A DNA stretch of 62,915 bases, counting the filler, from Octopus bimaculoides (lineage: Eukaryota): NCBI RefSeq assembly GCF_001194135.2. It is 8 parts of 7 records of this genome, joined end to end, with 100 filler letters (N's around TTAATTAATTAA, not from the genome) between each part and the next. Parts side by side here need not be neighbours in the genome. Positions count along the whole stretch, not along the records: positions 18,709 to 28,304 come from NC_069003.1; positions 28,405 to 32,166 come from NW_026368341.1; positions 32,267 to 46,312 come from NC_068986.1; 5 more parts are not named here. The stretch is one strand, 5' to 3'. Shown here piece after piece: positions 25,921-38,399 of this stretch (position 1 is the first letter of the stretch; every line of letters starts with the position of its first letter). The position numbers and the translations under genes were made by a program. The notes beneath the pieces are model-generated. The model was given only the letters and a program-made list of their open reading frames with translations, had not been told where the DNA came from and did no database searches.

Positions 25921-26234
25921 CATCGTGTGACGAATTGATTGGATTTGTGAAAATCCGCATCAGTTTCCTTTACTCTGTCTTCGAGAAACCTAGTATTTCT
26001 AGGTTCTTGTGCAAATTTGCAAATCTCCATTAACTCTTGACAAGCGGTGTTGGTTTGGTCACATCGCCCATAACTTAGCGGTTCGGCAAAACAGATCGAT
26101 AAAATAAGAACTAGATTGAAGAATCAGTACTAGAGTCGGTCTGTTAGATTAAAATCTTCAAGGCGGCACCCCAGCATGGCCACAATCCAGTGATTAAAAC
26201 AAGTAAAAAAAATAAAAGATAGATGAGAAATACC

Positions 26235-26838
26235 GATTTCAAATTTTGGCACAAGGCCAGCAATTTCAAGTGAATTACAACAATTCTGCCAGATCACCAT
26301 TCTATAGATGAGAAATATTCTTTTCAACTCTAGGCACAAGGCTCGAAATTTTGAGAGAGGGAGACAGTCGATTAGATCGGCCTCAGTACGCAGCTGGTAC
26401 TTAATTTATCGACCCCCAAAAGGAAGAAAGGCAAAGTCGACCTCGGTGGAATTTGAACTCAGAACGTAAAGACAGACGAAATACTTAACTCCCACTGCAT
26501 GGCACCTTGGGCAAATGTCTTCTACTATAGCCTCGGGCCGACCAAAGCCTTGTGAGTGGATTTGGTAGACGGAAACTGAAAGAAGCCTGTCGTATATATG
26601 TATATATATGTATATGTATGTCTGTGTATGTGTGTCTGTGCTTGTCCCCCCAACATCGCTTGACAACCAATGGTGGTGTGTTTACGTCCCCGTAACTTAG
26701 CGGTTTGGCAAAAGACACCGATAGAATAGGTACTAGGCATTCAAAAAATAAGTCCTGGGGTCGATTTACTCGACTAAAGGCGGTGCTCCAGCATGGCCAC
26801 AGTCAAATGACTGAAGCAAGTAAAAGAGTAAAGAGAGT
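26235..26838. mobile_element. Family-B SINE (-, to about 26485) abutting 5'-truncated family-A SINE (+, from about 26487)
   Basis: Consensus blocks of both families, head to head. Confidence 0.8.
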
Positions 26839-27254
26839 ATAATGTATACAATGTTGTTGTGCTATGAACAGAGACGCTTCAGACGTATCCATCGTTCATT
26901 TCCAATAATATCTTTCCTTTGAAGACGTAGCGTAAGATCGGAGGGATATTTGGCATTTATTTCGAACAGGCTGAACGGGTTAAATGTCTACGTAGAAGTT
27001 CTGTTGTTATCTCTTCGTTGACACGTTTCTTCCTTCTAAATACTGCAGCACGAGATCTCAGTTTGTATCTGGACCTATTTATTTGTGCATTTGAATAATC
27101 GCATTATCAAGGTGGATAACTCAGAATTGTAGAAACCGGAGTTAATTCCCTTGTCTATCCTTTCTATATATATATATATACATTTGAATAATCGCATTAT
27201 CAAGGTAGATAACTCAGAATTGCAGAAATCGGAGTTAATTCCCTTGTCTATCCT

Positions 27255-27293
<39 letters not shown>

Positions 27294-27482
27294 AGATGCA
27301 CTTGCATAGCAAGTGACCTGATCTGAGATCGTGTGCTGGAACGAAAACAATTGCAGCACAGAATTTTGTCAGTGAACAGGTCGCGGTCTCAAAGCGACGA
27401 AAATATTTTGACAAATTAAATTTAAATGTNNNNNNNNNNTGTGTATTATTTTAAATGGCTTATAAACACCTTCCACGCTGCA

Positions 27483-27520
<38 letters not shown>

Positions 27521-27585
27521 GGAGTAAGCACATGAAATGTGCAACAAGGTGGAAAAAAGAGTACTCAAATACCAGAGGTAGAGTA

Positions 27586-27677
27586 ATATGCTTTATTTAA
27601 AAGCAGCAGAAATATAACAAAAAACTCAGAGTAACAGTTTTTTTGTTATATTTCTGCTGATTTTAAATAAAGTATAT
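27586..27677. repeat. Inverted repeat, about 41-bp arms, 9-nt loop
   Basis: atatgctttatttaaaagcagcagaaatataacaaaaaact / agtttttttgttatatttctgctgattttaaataaagtatat. Confidence 0.85.
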
Positions 27678-27936
27678 ATATAAACTTCCCTTGGCAAAAC
27701 AAACAGGACACAGTAGTGTGTCGATAAGCCAGCTGGAGGAGATGTCCTCCTGGGGCTAAAAGCAACAGTAACATCCACCCATAGGGGTCAGCCACACTTA
27801 AGTGGCAATATACTTCACTTTATCGTGCAGTTACTGTTAATACTTCATTTAGAGAATTAACATTGCTTGTTTTCACTAGAAAAGTATACATAAGGTTACC
27901 AAGAACTTATACCTCTCATCGAAGATCGGTGGCTAT

Positions 27937-27981
27937 CGGACGCTGACGAAGGGAAATAACCCTGAAACCCGGGTCCGTTCG
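27937..27981 (+). ncRNA. Minimal type I hammerhead ribozyme
   Basis: Stem I cggacg/cgttcg; core CTGACGA (27943-27949); stem II AGGG-aaataa-CCCT; GAAA (27964-27967); palindromic stem III ACCCGGGT; GUC triplet with predicted cleavage after 27975. Confidence 0.85.
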
Positions 27982-28287
27982 TGCTACAGATCAAGATGAG
28001 AGGGATAACTTCCCTTAACAAAACAAACAGGACACAGTAGTGTGTCGATAAGCCAGCTAGAGGAGATGTCCTCCTGGGGCTAAAAGCAACAGTAACATCC
28101 ACCCATAGGGGTCAGCCACACTTAAGTGGCAATATACTTCACTTTATCGTGCAGTTACTGTTAATACTTCATTTAGAGAATTAACATTGCTTGTTTTCAC
28201 TTTTTCGATATCAGTGAAGAATTTCACTGGAAAAGTATACATAAGGTTGCCAAGAATTTATACCTCTCATCGAAGATCGGTGGCTAT

Positions 28288-28304
28288 CGGACGCTGACGA
28301 AGGG
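28288..28304 (+). ncRNA. Second hammerhead copy, truncated by a gap
   Basis: cggacgCTGACGAaggg identical to copy 1, then Ns. Confidence 0.6.
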
Positions 28305-31300
28305 NNNNNNNNNNNNNNNNNNNNNNNNNNNNNNNNNNNNNNNNNNNNTTAATTAATTAANNNNNNNNNNNNNNNNNNNNNNNNNNNNNNNNNNNNNNNN
28401 NNNNTAAAAAGCCCTCGTTGTTATATAGAAAAGTATGGCTTCTATAAATCGAGAAACTATATGGAACTATCCGCCCGGTCTTTAAGGCCAAAAAAGAGGC
28501 AAGGTGACAAATTGAGTTGACGTTCTAACGTTCTATTCGCGCGCGCACACACACACACACACACATACATTTACACACACACTCAAACACACATATTCAT
28601 GTAGCAACATGTAGATAAGCAGAAGAGATTTACAGTCTTTGACACTGACAGCAATATTAGAATTCATTTCATTTTCACATTTGCGATGCAGTNNNNNNNN
28701 NNTTCTGGTTGTGATGGATGAGGTGACCTAAATAATAAGTATTCTGATAGAACTTGCTTGAGCACGTACGTCCTGATAAACTTGAAGATCAATACGTAAT
28801 CTTGGAGTTGTATCGCATTGTGATGAAAGAAAGAAAAAAATCGATGCGTTTGGTGATGCACGGCAGAAATCCCAGGGATTNNNNNNNNNNNNNNNNNNNN
28901 NNNNNNNAAGATTTCTAGCTTGAACAAATGGAAAGGTGAGGCTGCAGGAAAGAATCAGATATAGAGCTGGCAACTACAGCAGCATTACCCAGAAACTATG
29001 CTCTCCAGAAAACCACGGGTCCCAGGTCTCAGCTGACCGAAAAACGTCACGTTCTTGATATTAGAAGCTTAATGTTACAGACATTAGAAGCTGANNNNNN
29101 NNNNATAACTCCCAATCGTCTTGCGATGAAGAAGAATAAATATAGATTGAAGATAGTTACTAATCTGTAACTGACGGAATATAAAAAAGAAAATATGTCA
29201 AAATATGTGCAACCGACGCGAGATTAAGCCCCCACCTCAAACGGCAAGGGAAACACCGGGGGTTCAAATTACAACCGAGTTTCAGTTAGATCTAATGTCA
29301 GATTTTGTGGATAATATATAGATTGTAGAGGATCAGGATAAAAAAAGGTCAGAATCGTGATTGCTCTGACCTAACCTACAAGGATGATTCTCCCCCGTTT
29401 GTGTAACAATAATCTAAATGTGATGTCACGTATATAATTTAATATCTTCTTATCGTTACACATGCGGCGTGCTGGCAGAATCATTAGCACACCGGACAAA
29501 AATGCTTAGCGGCACTACGTCAATCTGAATTCAGATTTCAGTGTGGTTGACTTTACCTCTCGAGGNNNNNNNNNNNNNNNNNNCTTGAGCTCTAGGATCC
29601 ATGCGCTCGACTAACTCCTCCCCCACTTGTGACAAAATTTGAAGCCAATATCTACTTATAACTACAGTATAATCTTACATTTATTATTTAATTATTGTTG
29701 CTTTTACTAATAAATATTTTTAATATCTTCGTTGTATAACGTCCATTTCCGTCATTTGGTTTTTATGTATATATCCGTCTTGTCCTTCTCCTCACATTTT
29801 TCCCAGTCATGTATAATGTTTTGTTTCTCTACTCGTAAGTATCAAGCTAGCAATCGTTAGAGCCCCGGAAAAAACTATCATTGGATATTTCTTCCGGATA
29901 TTTATGTTATGAGTTCAAATCCATCTCAGATCAAATTTGCCTTTCATTCTTTCATAATTGATANNNNNNNNNNNNNNNNNNNNNNNNNNNNNNNNNNNNN
30001 NNNNNNNNNNNNNNNNNNNNNNNNTGATGGCTTTTTATATTAATGAGAAGATAAACTGTCAGAAGTGATAGCATGTCGGACGAAATGCTTAACGGCATTG
30101 TTTTTTTGGTTTGTTACATTCTGAGTTCAAATTCTACTGAGTTTGACTTCATCTTTCATCATTTCCCGGGTCAATAAATCACATACCAGTTTCGCACGTG
30201 AGTCAATGTAATCGGTTTCCCCACTCGCCTCAAAATTGCTGGCCTTGTACCAAAAATTAGAAAGAATTGGTGTTATCATCATCATNNNNNNNNNNNNNNN
30301 NNNNNNNNNNNNNNNNNNNNNNNNNNNNNNNNNNNNNNNNNNNNNNNNNNNNNNNNNNNNNNNNNNNNNNNNNNNNNNNNNNNNNNNNNNNNNNNNNNNN
30401 NNNNNNNNNNNNNNNNNNNNNNNNNNNNNNNNNNNNNNNNNNNNNNNNNNNNNNNNNNNNNNNNNNNNNNNNNNNNNNNNNNNNNNNNNNNNNNNNNNNN
30501 NNNNNNNNNNNNNNNNNNNNNNNNNNNNNNNNNNNNNNNNNNNNNNNNNNNNNNNNNNNNNNNNNNNNNNNNNNNNNNNNNNNNNNNNNNNNNNNNNNNN
30601 NNNNNNNNNNNNNNNNNNNNNNNNNNNNNNNNNNNNNNNNNNNNNNNNNNNNNNNNNNNNNNNNNNNNNNNNNNNNNNNNNNNNNNNNNNNNNNNNNNNN
30701 NNNNNNNNNNNNNNNNNNNNNNNNNNNNNNNNNNNNNNNNNNNNNNNNNNNNNNNNNNNNNNNNNNNNNNNNNNNNNNNNNNNNNNNNNNNNNNNNNNNN
30801 NNNNNNNNNNNNNNNNNNNNNNNNNNNNNNNNNNNNNNNNNNNNNNNNNNNNNNNNNNNNNNNNNNNNNNNNNNNNNNNNNNNNNNNNNNNNNNNNNNNN
30901 NNNNNNNNNNNNNNNNNNNNNNNNNNNNNNNNNNNNNNNNNNNNNNNNNNNCACACAAGCATACATGTATAAGCATGATCTGCGCCCGAGAAAAATATCA
31001 AAGAAATTCAGAAAACAAAGTTCACGATACGATAAGACATTAAAAAAAATGGATTTTTGAGGTCTGAAATTACTTTGATATGAGGTCTGCTAGAACCAGT
31101 GTGAACTGGAATTAAACACCAACAGTAATAGTATAAAGAGTAGAGAACATTCCTGAAAGACATAAATAACAATGAAAATATTGACAAACTGACAAATCGT
31201 GAGCACCAGGCAATGGCAAGCAAAATAACCGACTTCTGTAGACGGCGTCCGAGCCGGAATTAGTGCAACAAAAATTTTGATGTCCAATAATCAATGTTCA

Positions 31301-31894
31301 AGTGATGTTAACGGTTTTTATGTGTTTTTGAATAACTCATTAGTTTTTCATGCTGTAACTGCTTTAGTCNNNNNNNNNNTTTGAATAACTCATTAGTTTT
31401 TCATGCTGTAACTGCTTTAGTCTCAGCACACAGTCTCTCCGAAAATGTAACAGAATAAATATTGGAGTATGTGGGTGTATCAAGGCTGGAAACCAATGNN
31501 NNNNNNNNGATAGAACCAGAAACTTAAATACTAACTAACACTCCGTCGGCTACAATGAAGTGAGTTCCAGTTGATCTGATCAATTGAATGAACGGCTGCT
31601 CGTGAAAGCGGTTGAGCACTCTATAGACACGCAGCTCTCAGGGAGATTCAGTGTGACACAGAATGTGACAAGGCTGGTCTTATTTTCTTTTTGATTTTTG
31701 AATTACAGGTACAACTCATTTGTGCCAGCTGAGTAGAGTGGAGCAACGTGAAATAAAGTATCTTGCTCAAGGACTCAACGCGCCGCTGGGAATCGAACTC
31801 ATGAACATGAGCCATATACCGTAACCATTAAACCACGCGGCTTCACAAGGATCTTAAATACGAATTTGTAAATAAATGGTCTCTGATGAAGAGA

Positions 31895-32165
31895 CAACAT
31901 TCAATATCATGGCCTACACTCTGAGCAAGAGTTTTCTGCACTCAACATCATGACTTACACTCATGGCATGAGATTTCTGCACTCAACATTCAATATCATT
32001 ACCTACACTCTGGGCAAGACCTTTCTGCACTCAAGTCATTATCATGGCCTACACTCTGAGCAAGAACTGTCTGCACTCAACATTCAATATCATGACCTAC
32101 ACTCTGGGCAAGACCTTTCTGCACTCAACATTTAATATCATAACCTACACTCAGGGCATGTGCTT
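31895..32165. repeat. Degenerate minisatellite, unit about 50 bp
   Basis: Recurring caacattcaatatcatg.cctacactctg.gcaaga...ttctgcact. Confidence 0.85.
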
Positions 32166-33752
32166 TNNNNNNNNNNNNNNNNNNNNNNNNNNNNNNNNNN
32201 NNNNNNNNNNTTAATTAATTAANNNNNNNNNNNNNNNNNNNNNNNNNNNNNNNNNNNNNNNNNNNNAACGATGTGTAAGAGGAATAGAAATAGTTAATTT
32301 TAGAGGGGCAAAGTAATTCTGTATGTAGTTTTAGTATCTGTCATCACAGTATCGAAATGTGATTGTTTCAATTTTGATAGTTTTCTTTTTCTCCTTCCTT
32401 TCTTTTTGTATTTGTCGTTGGATTTTTCGTAAAGCTTCATAAGAGGAAGTAGTAGTTGAAAGGATTTGTATTAGAAAGAGGAAATTAGATTTTATTAGAG
32501 AGAAAATGTTTACCTCCGTAGTTTTACGGATTTTATTCATTATTAGGAAATTTTTGGAGTGAAAAAATGACGCAGTGACCTAACTTATTGTATTTAGAAT
32601 ATTAATTGCGATTGTTTAATCGAAGAAATTTGGAATTGTGTAAATGTATTAGTTTTAAACATACACACACACAGAGTAGATTTGCCTTTTATAGTATAGA
32701 TTCAGTTCTCAACTAAATTGCAAACTGTTAACAGTTTTAAAGAGGACATTTCCTCAGCTACACTTTGACATAAATAGTTTGAGATTTGATTCAGTAGAAA
32801 AAAGTTACATCAAAATATATCAGGTCTAAAGGTGGGTAGTAAGGCACCTACTCATCTTCAATTAACGTAATTTTCTTTATTTTAAAAGTATACTTTTCTT
32901 AGGCTTAAATGATAGAAAATGCATGAGGAATTCAGAATCGTTAGTTGCACTGAACAAAAATTAGTAGAAAAAAACGTATGAGGTTAAATGTCATGAAATT
33001 TATTGTCAGTAAGTAAGGAAGTAAGAAGTAACGCCCCAATATGTTAAGATAAGAATATATTTCTAAAATGAATGTTTACATTATAACGCGACGAGTTGGC
33101 AGTAGCTTTATCGTCCCGAGAGAAATTATTAGTGGTATTTCGTGTGTCTTTTCTTTCTGAGTTCAAATTCCACCGAGGTCGACTTTCCCTTTCATAAATT
33201 TTATTTTTTAAAATTAAGTATCTAATAAAGCTATTTTTAATATGTTGTTGAATTAGGTTAAGTTTAACTTTTATTATTAATTTTCTCTTTCAGCTTTAAT
33301 TAACTTGTTTCTGCTTTTCATTTTTGCTTTTCCTTTTAGTTGCTTTCCTTTTCTTTTTAGTTAATTATTTAATCAGGCTGGTGTATTAATGTGTTATATG
33401 CTTCAATGCTATTAATGTATCAGTGCTATTATCCCTAACTCAAAATCTAGGATACTTAAGGTGAGCCTGGTAACTGATGACTTTGGGGTTTTGTTGTTTG
33501 TAACTTTTGGTGAGCCATGGTGCAACCAGCAAGGTGGTAAAATTCCCCGCCATTAATTTGGTGTGGATGGGTAATATCAAATAATTCAATCACGACATAT
33601 ATTTAAATTAAACATTAAAAGAATTGAGATATTATCATCACTTACATGGAAAAATTGAAATATTATTTCAGTATTTTATAAGTTAAAATCTTAAATTATT
33701 AATTGACACATTATTAATTTTCTTATAACAGCAATGCCTAGAAAAATCATGG

Positions 33753-33884
33753 ATTACATGGAAAAATGCGAGCATGAAAAGTAATATTCTTAAGATTATA
33801 AACCTGTTATAAACTTGTCCTGTACTTTTCCAGGTTTATAATCTTAAGAATATTACTTTTCATACTCGCATTTTTCCATGTAAT
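33753..33884. repeat. Near-perfect inverted repeat, 54-bp arms, 24-bp spacer
   Basis: 33753-33806 versus the reverse complement of 33831-33884: one mismatch. Confidence 0.9.
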
Positions 33885-34653
33885 ATATGTATATATATAT
33901 ATATATATATATGCAGCGCACAAACTTGTTACCAGCTCAAATATGTTTAAGGCATATTCGAACCAGTAAAAAAGCCATTCAGTGTATTTTGTCATAGAGA
34001 AAATTTCTCGCTGTGGACATAGAGGTGTAGACATACCAAATCTGTTTGCAGTGATCAATAAGCAAACTGGTAACGGGTGTGTATTTGCAGTGAATAGCAA
34101 TATTAGTGACGGAGAATCGAACACAAATATTTTGTGGTATTTACTTACCTCTCTGAAGAGTTTGATTTAATCTCTCGTACTTCAGATACCTTGTGGGATT
34201 TATGACCATTCACGAAATATATTTTGTTCAGAGAGATGCAATGTTTAAGAACAAATAATGGTGCGATAGTTGCCTGCTGGACATATCAAAATGTCTGAAT
34301 GGTTCGACGAATAATTGCCTAATTAGGGAACATTATCCTCTAAAAGCGATGCCAAGAAAGAACGCAATACATGCTGTGCTGAAGTATTCGCCAAAGATAT
34401 ATGGACGATAGGATTCACAAAGCACTTCCTGAAAAACCCCTCGCATTAACTTAAATCCGCATTCCTTCACATACACCTAGAAATCACCACATCTTTTCAA
34501 ATTATTTTCGTAGTTTAAATGATAAAAGATATATCACCTAGATTATATTGGCAATAATAAAAACACCAACACTGAGGAATGTTTCCAAATGCTCTAAACT
34601 CTATCATGCACAGCAACTAATATTCTTGCTACCCTAATACAATTCTAAAGCAA

Positions 34654-34709
<56 letters not shown>

Positions 34710-35031
34710 TAAACTGTTTTGACCTTCCACACGAATTCTTACTCACGAGCTTCAAATTCGATTATGTTAAGCTTTTGTAACGTACCTCGACGAATACTTT
34801 TTACAGCACCGTCATGAATTTGACGGGCTTCTACTTCACTGAGTTATTTACTCAATCGTTGCATTTCTCTGAAAACATGAAATTTTCTCGTATAAAACAA
34901 ACAATACCTTGTGATTTCAAGCGTTTAATTTATTCCTTATATAATAAAAGATTTTATGAGATTATAAAACATTTATGATTCGTATTCTATCCTCCAACGA
35001 ACAATTTAAATTTTTTATTATTATTTTGCAG

Positions 35032-35099
35032 TTTGTATGGTGGACCATGTTTTCTCAACGTGGCAAAGAACCATCACTCACAGCATGCCTGAATGTTGA
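35032..35099 (+). CDS. Candidate terminal coding exon, paralog A (xCMVDHVFSTWQRTITHSMPEC*)
   Basis: Acceptor ttattattttgcag, phase 1, stop TGA at 35097-35099, AATAAA at 35130; frame and stop position shared with 44728-44795. Confidence 0.45.
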
Positions 35100-36083
35100 A
35101 TGAAAATTCGATTTAATCTTGCCGGTATTAATAAAATATCAAGATGGTTGAAATTAGTGATACAACTAGACTACAAATACGATCTCTTTGTAAAAATTTT
35201 CGAACTTATTGTGGTCAGATTAAACCGCATGCGATATAAATATATTGAAATTAAAACTTATTAAAAATCCGTCGAACGAATCATCATCTATATCAGCATC
35301 TTTGCAAGCTAAAACTTTATGAAGAGAGGTCTCTTTTGATTTACTATAAAATCCAGGGGTAGCAACAACAACATATAGTCAGTTGGCGAACTGTAGCCAT
35401 CCAGTCATTCCCTGCCTATGGTTATTTTCAAGTTGATGCTGTTTTTATCCACGTTGATGCTATCTTAACATGTATAACCCAATGTTTTTGCTCAATAAGC
35501 TAACAAAATATATGCATAAATAAAAATGTTCGTTTTGAGTCGATGGGTACAAAGTATTGTGCATTTGAATTTGAAATAGGAGGAAAAAAAATAGTGACAA
35601 TGTGTTTACCTTTTTTTAATACGATAAATTAATTTTAACTTTTTCCATACAATTTCTTGGGATAGTCCACGTGTAACATATCAATAATCAAATTCAAATT
35701 TATAATATTCCATATGTTAAATTCAAATTACGACAAACGTAAACAAACAAACGAAGTTTGCTTTTAGAAGCGTTGAGATGTCTTAGAAAGTTAAAGAAGT
35801 GATTTTTAAATTCTCAAACGCAGGATAATGCAAATAATATAGCCTGGACAGGATAAACTACCCCTATTTTGCAGAAAAAAGTGTAGGCGGTTAGTATTGT
35901 AAAGAATGTAAACATTAATAACACATAACTTAAAATGTTGCCTCAAGAAAACTAACTGAATTTATGTCTGTTTATAATGCCATTCTAGTCGTTCTCTAAC
36001 ATAAACAGGCCACATGTTTCTACCATTGTCTCTAGATATCTGGACAATTCCGGTAGACTACCACATGTATAATAAATGGCGAC

Positions 36084-36143
36084 CACTTACTGCCATTCAC
36101 ATTACACTTACTGCCATTCACATTACACTTACTGCCATTCACA
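36084..36143. repeat. 21-bp tandem repeat x3 (cacttactgccattcacatta)
   Basis: Directly visible. Confidence 0.9.
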
Positions 36144-37598
36144 CTCAGAAACCCCGTGTAACATCCGAGTCTAGAAAACTGGTGATTAGTGCAAAAGTAA
36201 GTCATTTCTAAAATAATCCTGTTACACCTTTCGAATTATATTGATGAGAAGAGGTTTAAGCCTCGTTGTCAGTTAGAAAGACGGTGGGCGAATTCGTCTC
36301 CGAAATCCTGATCTCATTGACGGCTACCAAATCTAACCTTAGTGATCTCATATCCTTTTTCATGATTCTGTTTCCACGTCGACGCCAGGGCAAGTGCATT
36401 TATAAAGCCCACTCCTGGGTGTAACATTTTGGCCAGCAAAAATAGGTAGAAAAAGCTATCTTGTTAACTGTGGATGATCAGGGCAAATAGGACTGTTTGT
36501 CTTGGAAATGCCAAGGTTGTCCCTCGAGCATCTTATTCTAGGGATTCGTAAAAATTCATCACAAGTTCTGCACCATACTTCAGGTATCGTTTGTACTAGA
36601 AATCTGTCTTTGTCTTCAGACTGAATTTATACCTTACCTAAGCAAGATCTACTATGTCAGCGGGTTTGGGGATGAACTCTGTTTACTTATAATTTTCTTT
36701 CTGTATTGCTTCGAAGCTGGGAATTGAGGAATAATTGCCGCTGTTTTTATTACCGTCATTATTGTTGGTGTCATTGCTATTGTAGACGCCGCCGTTTATT
36801 TTACTTCTGTTGTTGGTGTAGTAGTTATTTACGTTGTTGTAGAAAAATGGTAAAATCATATCTCAAAAACTGTGGTAGAATATGAAAACTGGGTAATTTC
36901 CTGAGGTTTATCGATACATTATAAACAAGGAAATAAGAACCAACTAACCAAACATAATTACAATGAGATAAGATCCAGGAGTTGTAAATTAAACGATGAG
37001 GCCGGTCTAACTGACAATAACGTAAAGGAAATTCAAAATATTTTCAAATATAAAAATTTGGAGTTTGACATAACGGCCGTCTGGGATGTAGACACAAGAA
37101 TAGGAATTGTAGAGGAGAGTTTAGAAAACAATCAGAGGCCAACCAGAAAAAGTTTCCACAGGTGAAGAAGCTGAATAATCTCTGTAAAGTACACTTAAAC
37201 AAAAACACACACTTGAAAATATGCCACTAGATATTCACAACAAAGACTTAATTACAGAATGAGATCCAATTTAATTTAACAGAAACGAGGAATTTCACCA
37301 TTCCAGATATTATCGTGATTTCAACATCCAAGGCAGTTGTTTCCTTTGTCTTTTAGCATTAAAACCCTGCTTAAACATAAGCCTAATTAGATTCTTAATA
37401 GCCTCTGATAGTAATTCCCTTTTGTTAGTTATTTTCCCCAATCTTGCTATTTGTGCTGCAAACACGTTGTATCACGGTCTATATGAGTAAGACACCATTG
37501 CTATCTGAAACTCAATATATATATGTATGTATGTATCTATCTCCTCCCTTCCTTCTCTCCCTCTTCCTCTCTCTCTCTTTCTCTCTCTTTCTCTCTCT

Positions 37599-37647
<49 letters not shown>

Positions 37648-38399
37648 NNNNNNNNNNTATATATATATATATATATATGTATATGTATAAGAAATAATTG
37701 AGATTCAGTTGAATAAGGTACTTAAGTTGAAGCACCAAGCCAGTCCGGTAGTATACGCACAGCTTGTAGTAAGGTGAATAAAATCAAAATAAGCAACAGG
37801 ATATGAAGTAGTGATGCAGTACGACCGTTTCAAGCGACTCCATTTAATTGAACAATGCAAACATTACATCAATATAAATTCAGTGCCATCTTCAGCTGCA
37901 CAAATAAATAGATAGAATTTTAACAAGTAGGACACATTAATATAATTTTTCTCAAATATTTTAACAGAGCAAGAAGATGGAAGCAATTCATGCTGTCGCT
38001 ACTGTAGCTAAGAATAGACTACACTTCCAAGAATCGAATGAAGTCTAGTAGGGTCATAGTGTTGTAAGGGATTGTAATTCATTTCTAATTAATTTATCTC
38101 TTTACCAACTACTAAATCTAAGAGTAGAAGACTGTGTCATAAATATTATCACACGTATCCCTTTTCCTCAGGTAGGAAATAAGACACTAGGAGTAGTCAG
38201 TTGGGTATAAGTAACTGTCTATAAAAAGAGATAGGGTAGGGGTAGACTTTAAATCATGATGTTAATTACTAGTTAAAGGGGCAAGACGTTAAGAAACCTA
38301 AAATGGCTATACAGAGGAAATTTTATTTTGGGGCACTATGGGTGATTGTTTATAAACAATATTGTTATGTTGTATAAAAAAAAATACACTGAGAGAACA

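Larger units (their letters stand above)
27684..28304 (+). mobile_element. Tandem 324/351-bp repeat carrying hammerhead ribozymes (retrozyme-like or Penelope pseudo-LTR array)
   Basis: aaacaggacacag at 27701 and 28025; near-identical copies, copy 2 with a 27-bp insertion; array cut by an assembly gap. Confidence 0.75.

Noticed and set aside
27088-27290. 93-bp tandem duplication ending in (ta)n
   Set aside because: Consistent with slippage or assembly at a microsatellite; no coding or structural signal.
27684-28304. CRISPR-like reading of tandem repeats here and at 22119 or 31895
   Set aside because: No short constant repeat with unique spacers, no cas genes, eukaryotic context.
31327-31423. 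Exact 42-bp direct repeat across a 10-N gap
   Set aside because: Typical unmerged contig overlap.
33998-34069. Possible phase 1-1 exon (KISRCGHRGVDIPNLFAVINKQT) upstream of paralog A
   Set aside because: Splice sites are plausible but I found no counterpart on the paralog B side and no recognisable motif, so it is not supportable alone.
36370-36420. YKCTCPG on the minus strand resembling an EGF motif
   Set aside because: Lacks the other EGF cysteines and splice sites, and lies in the duplicated non-coding flank.
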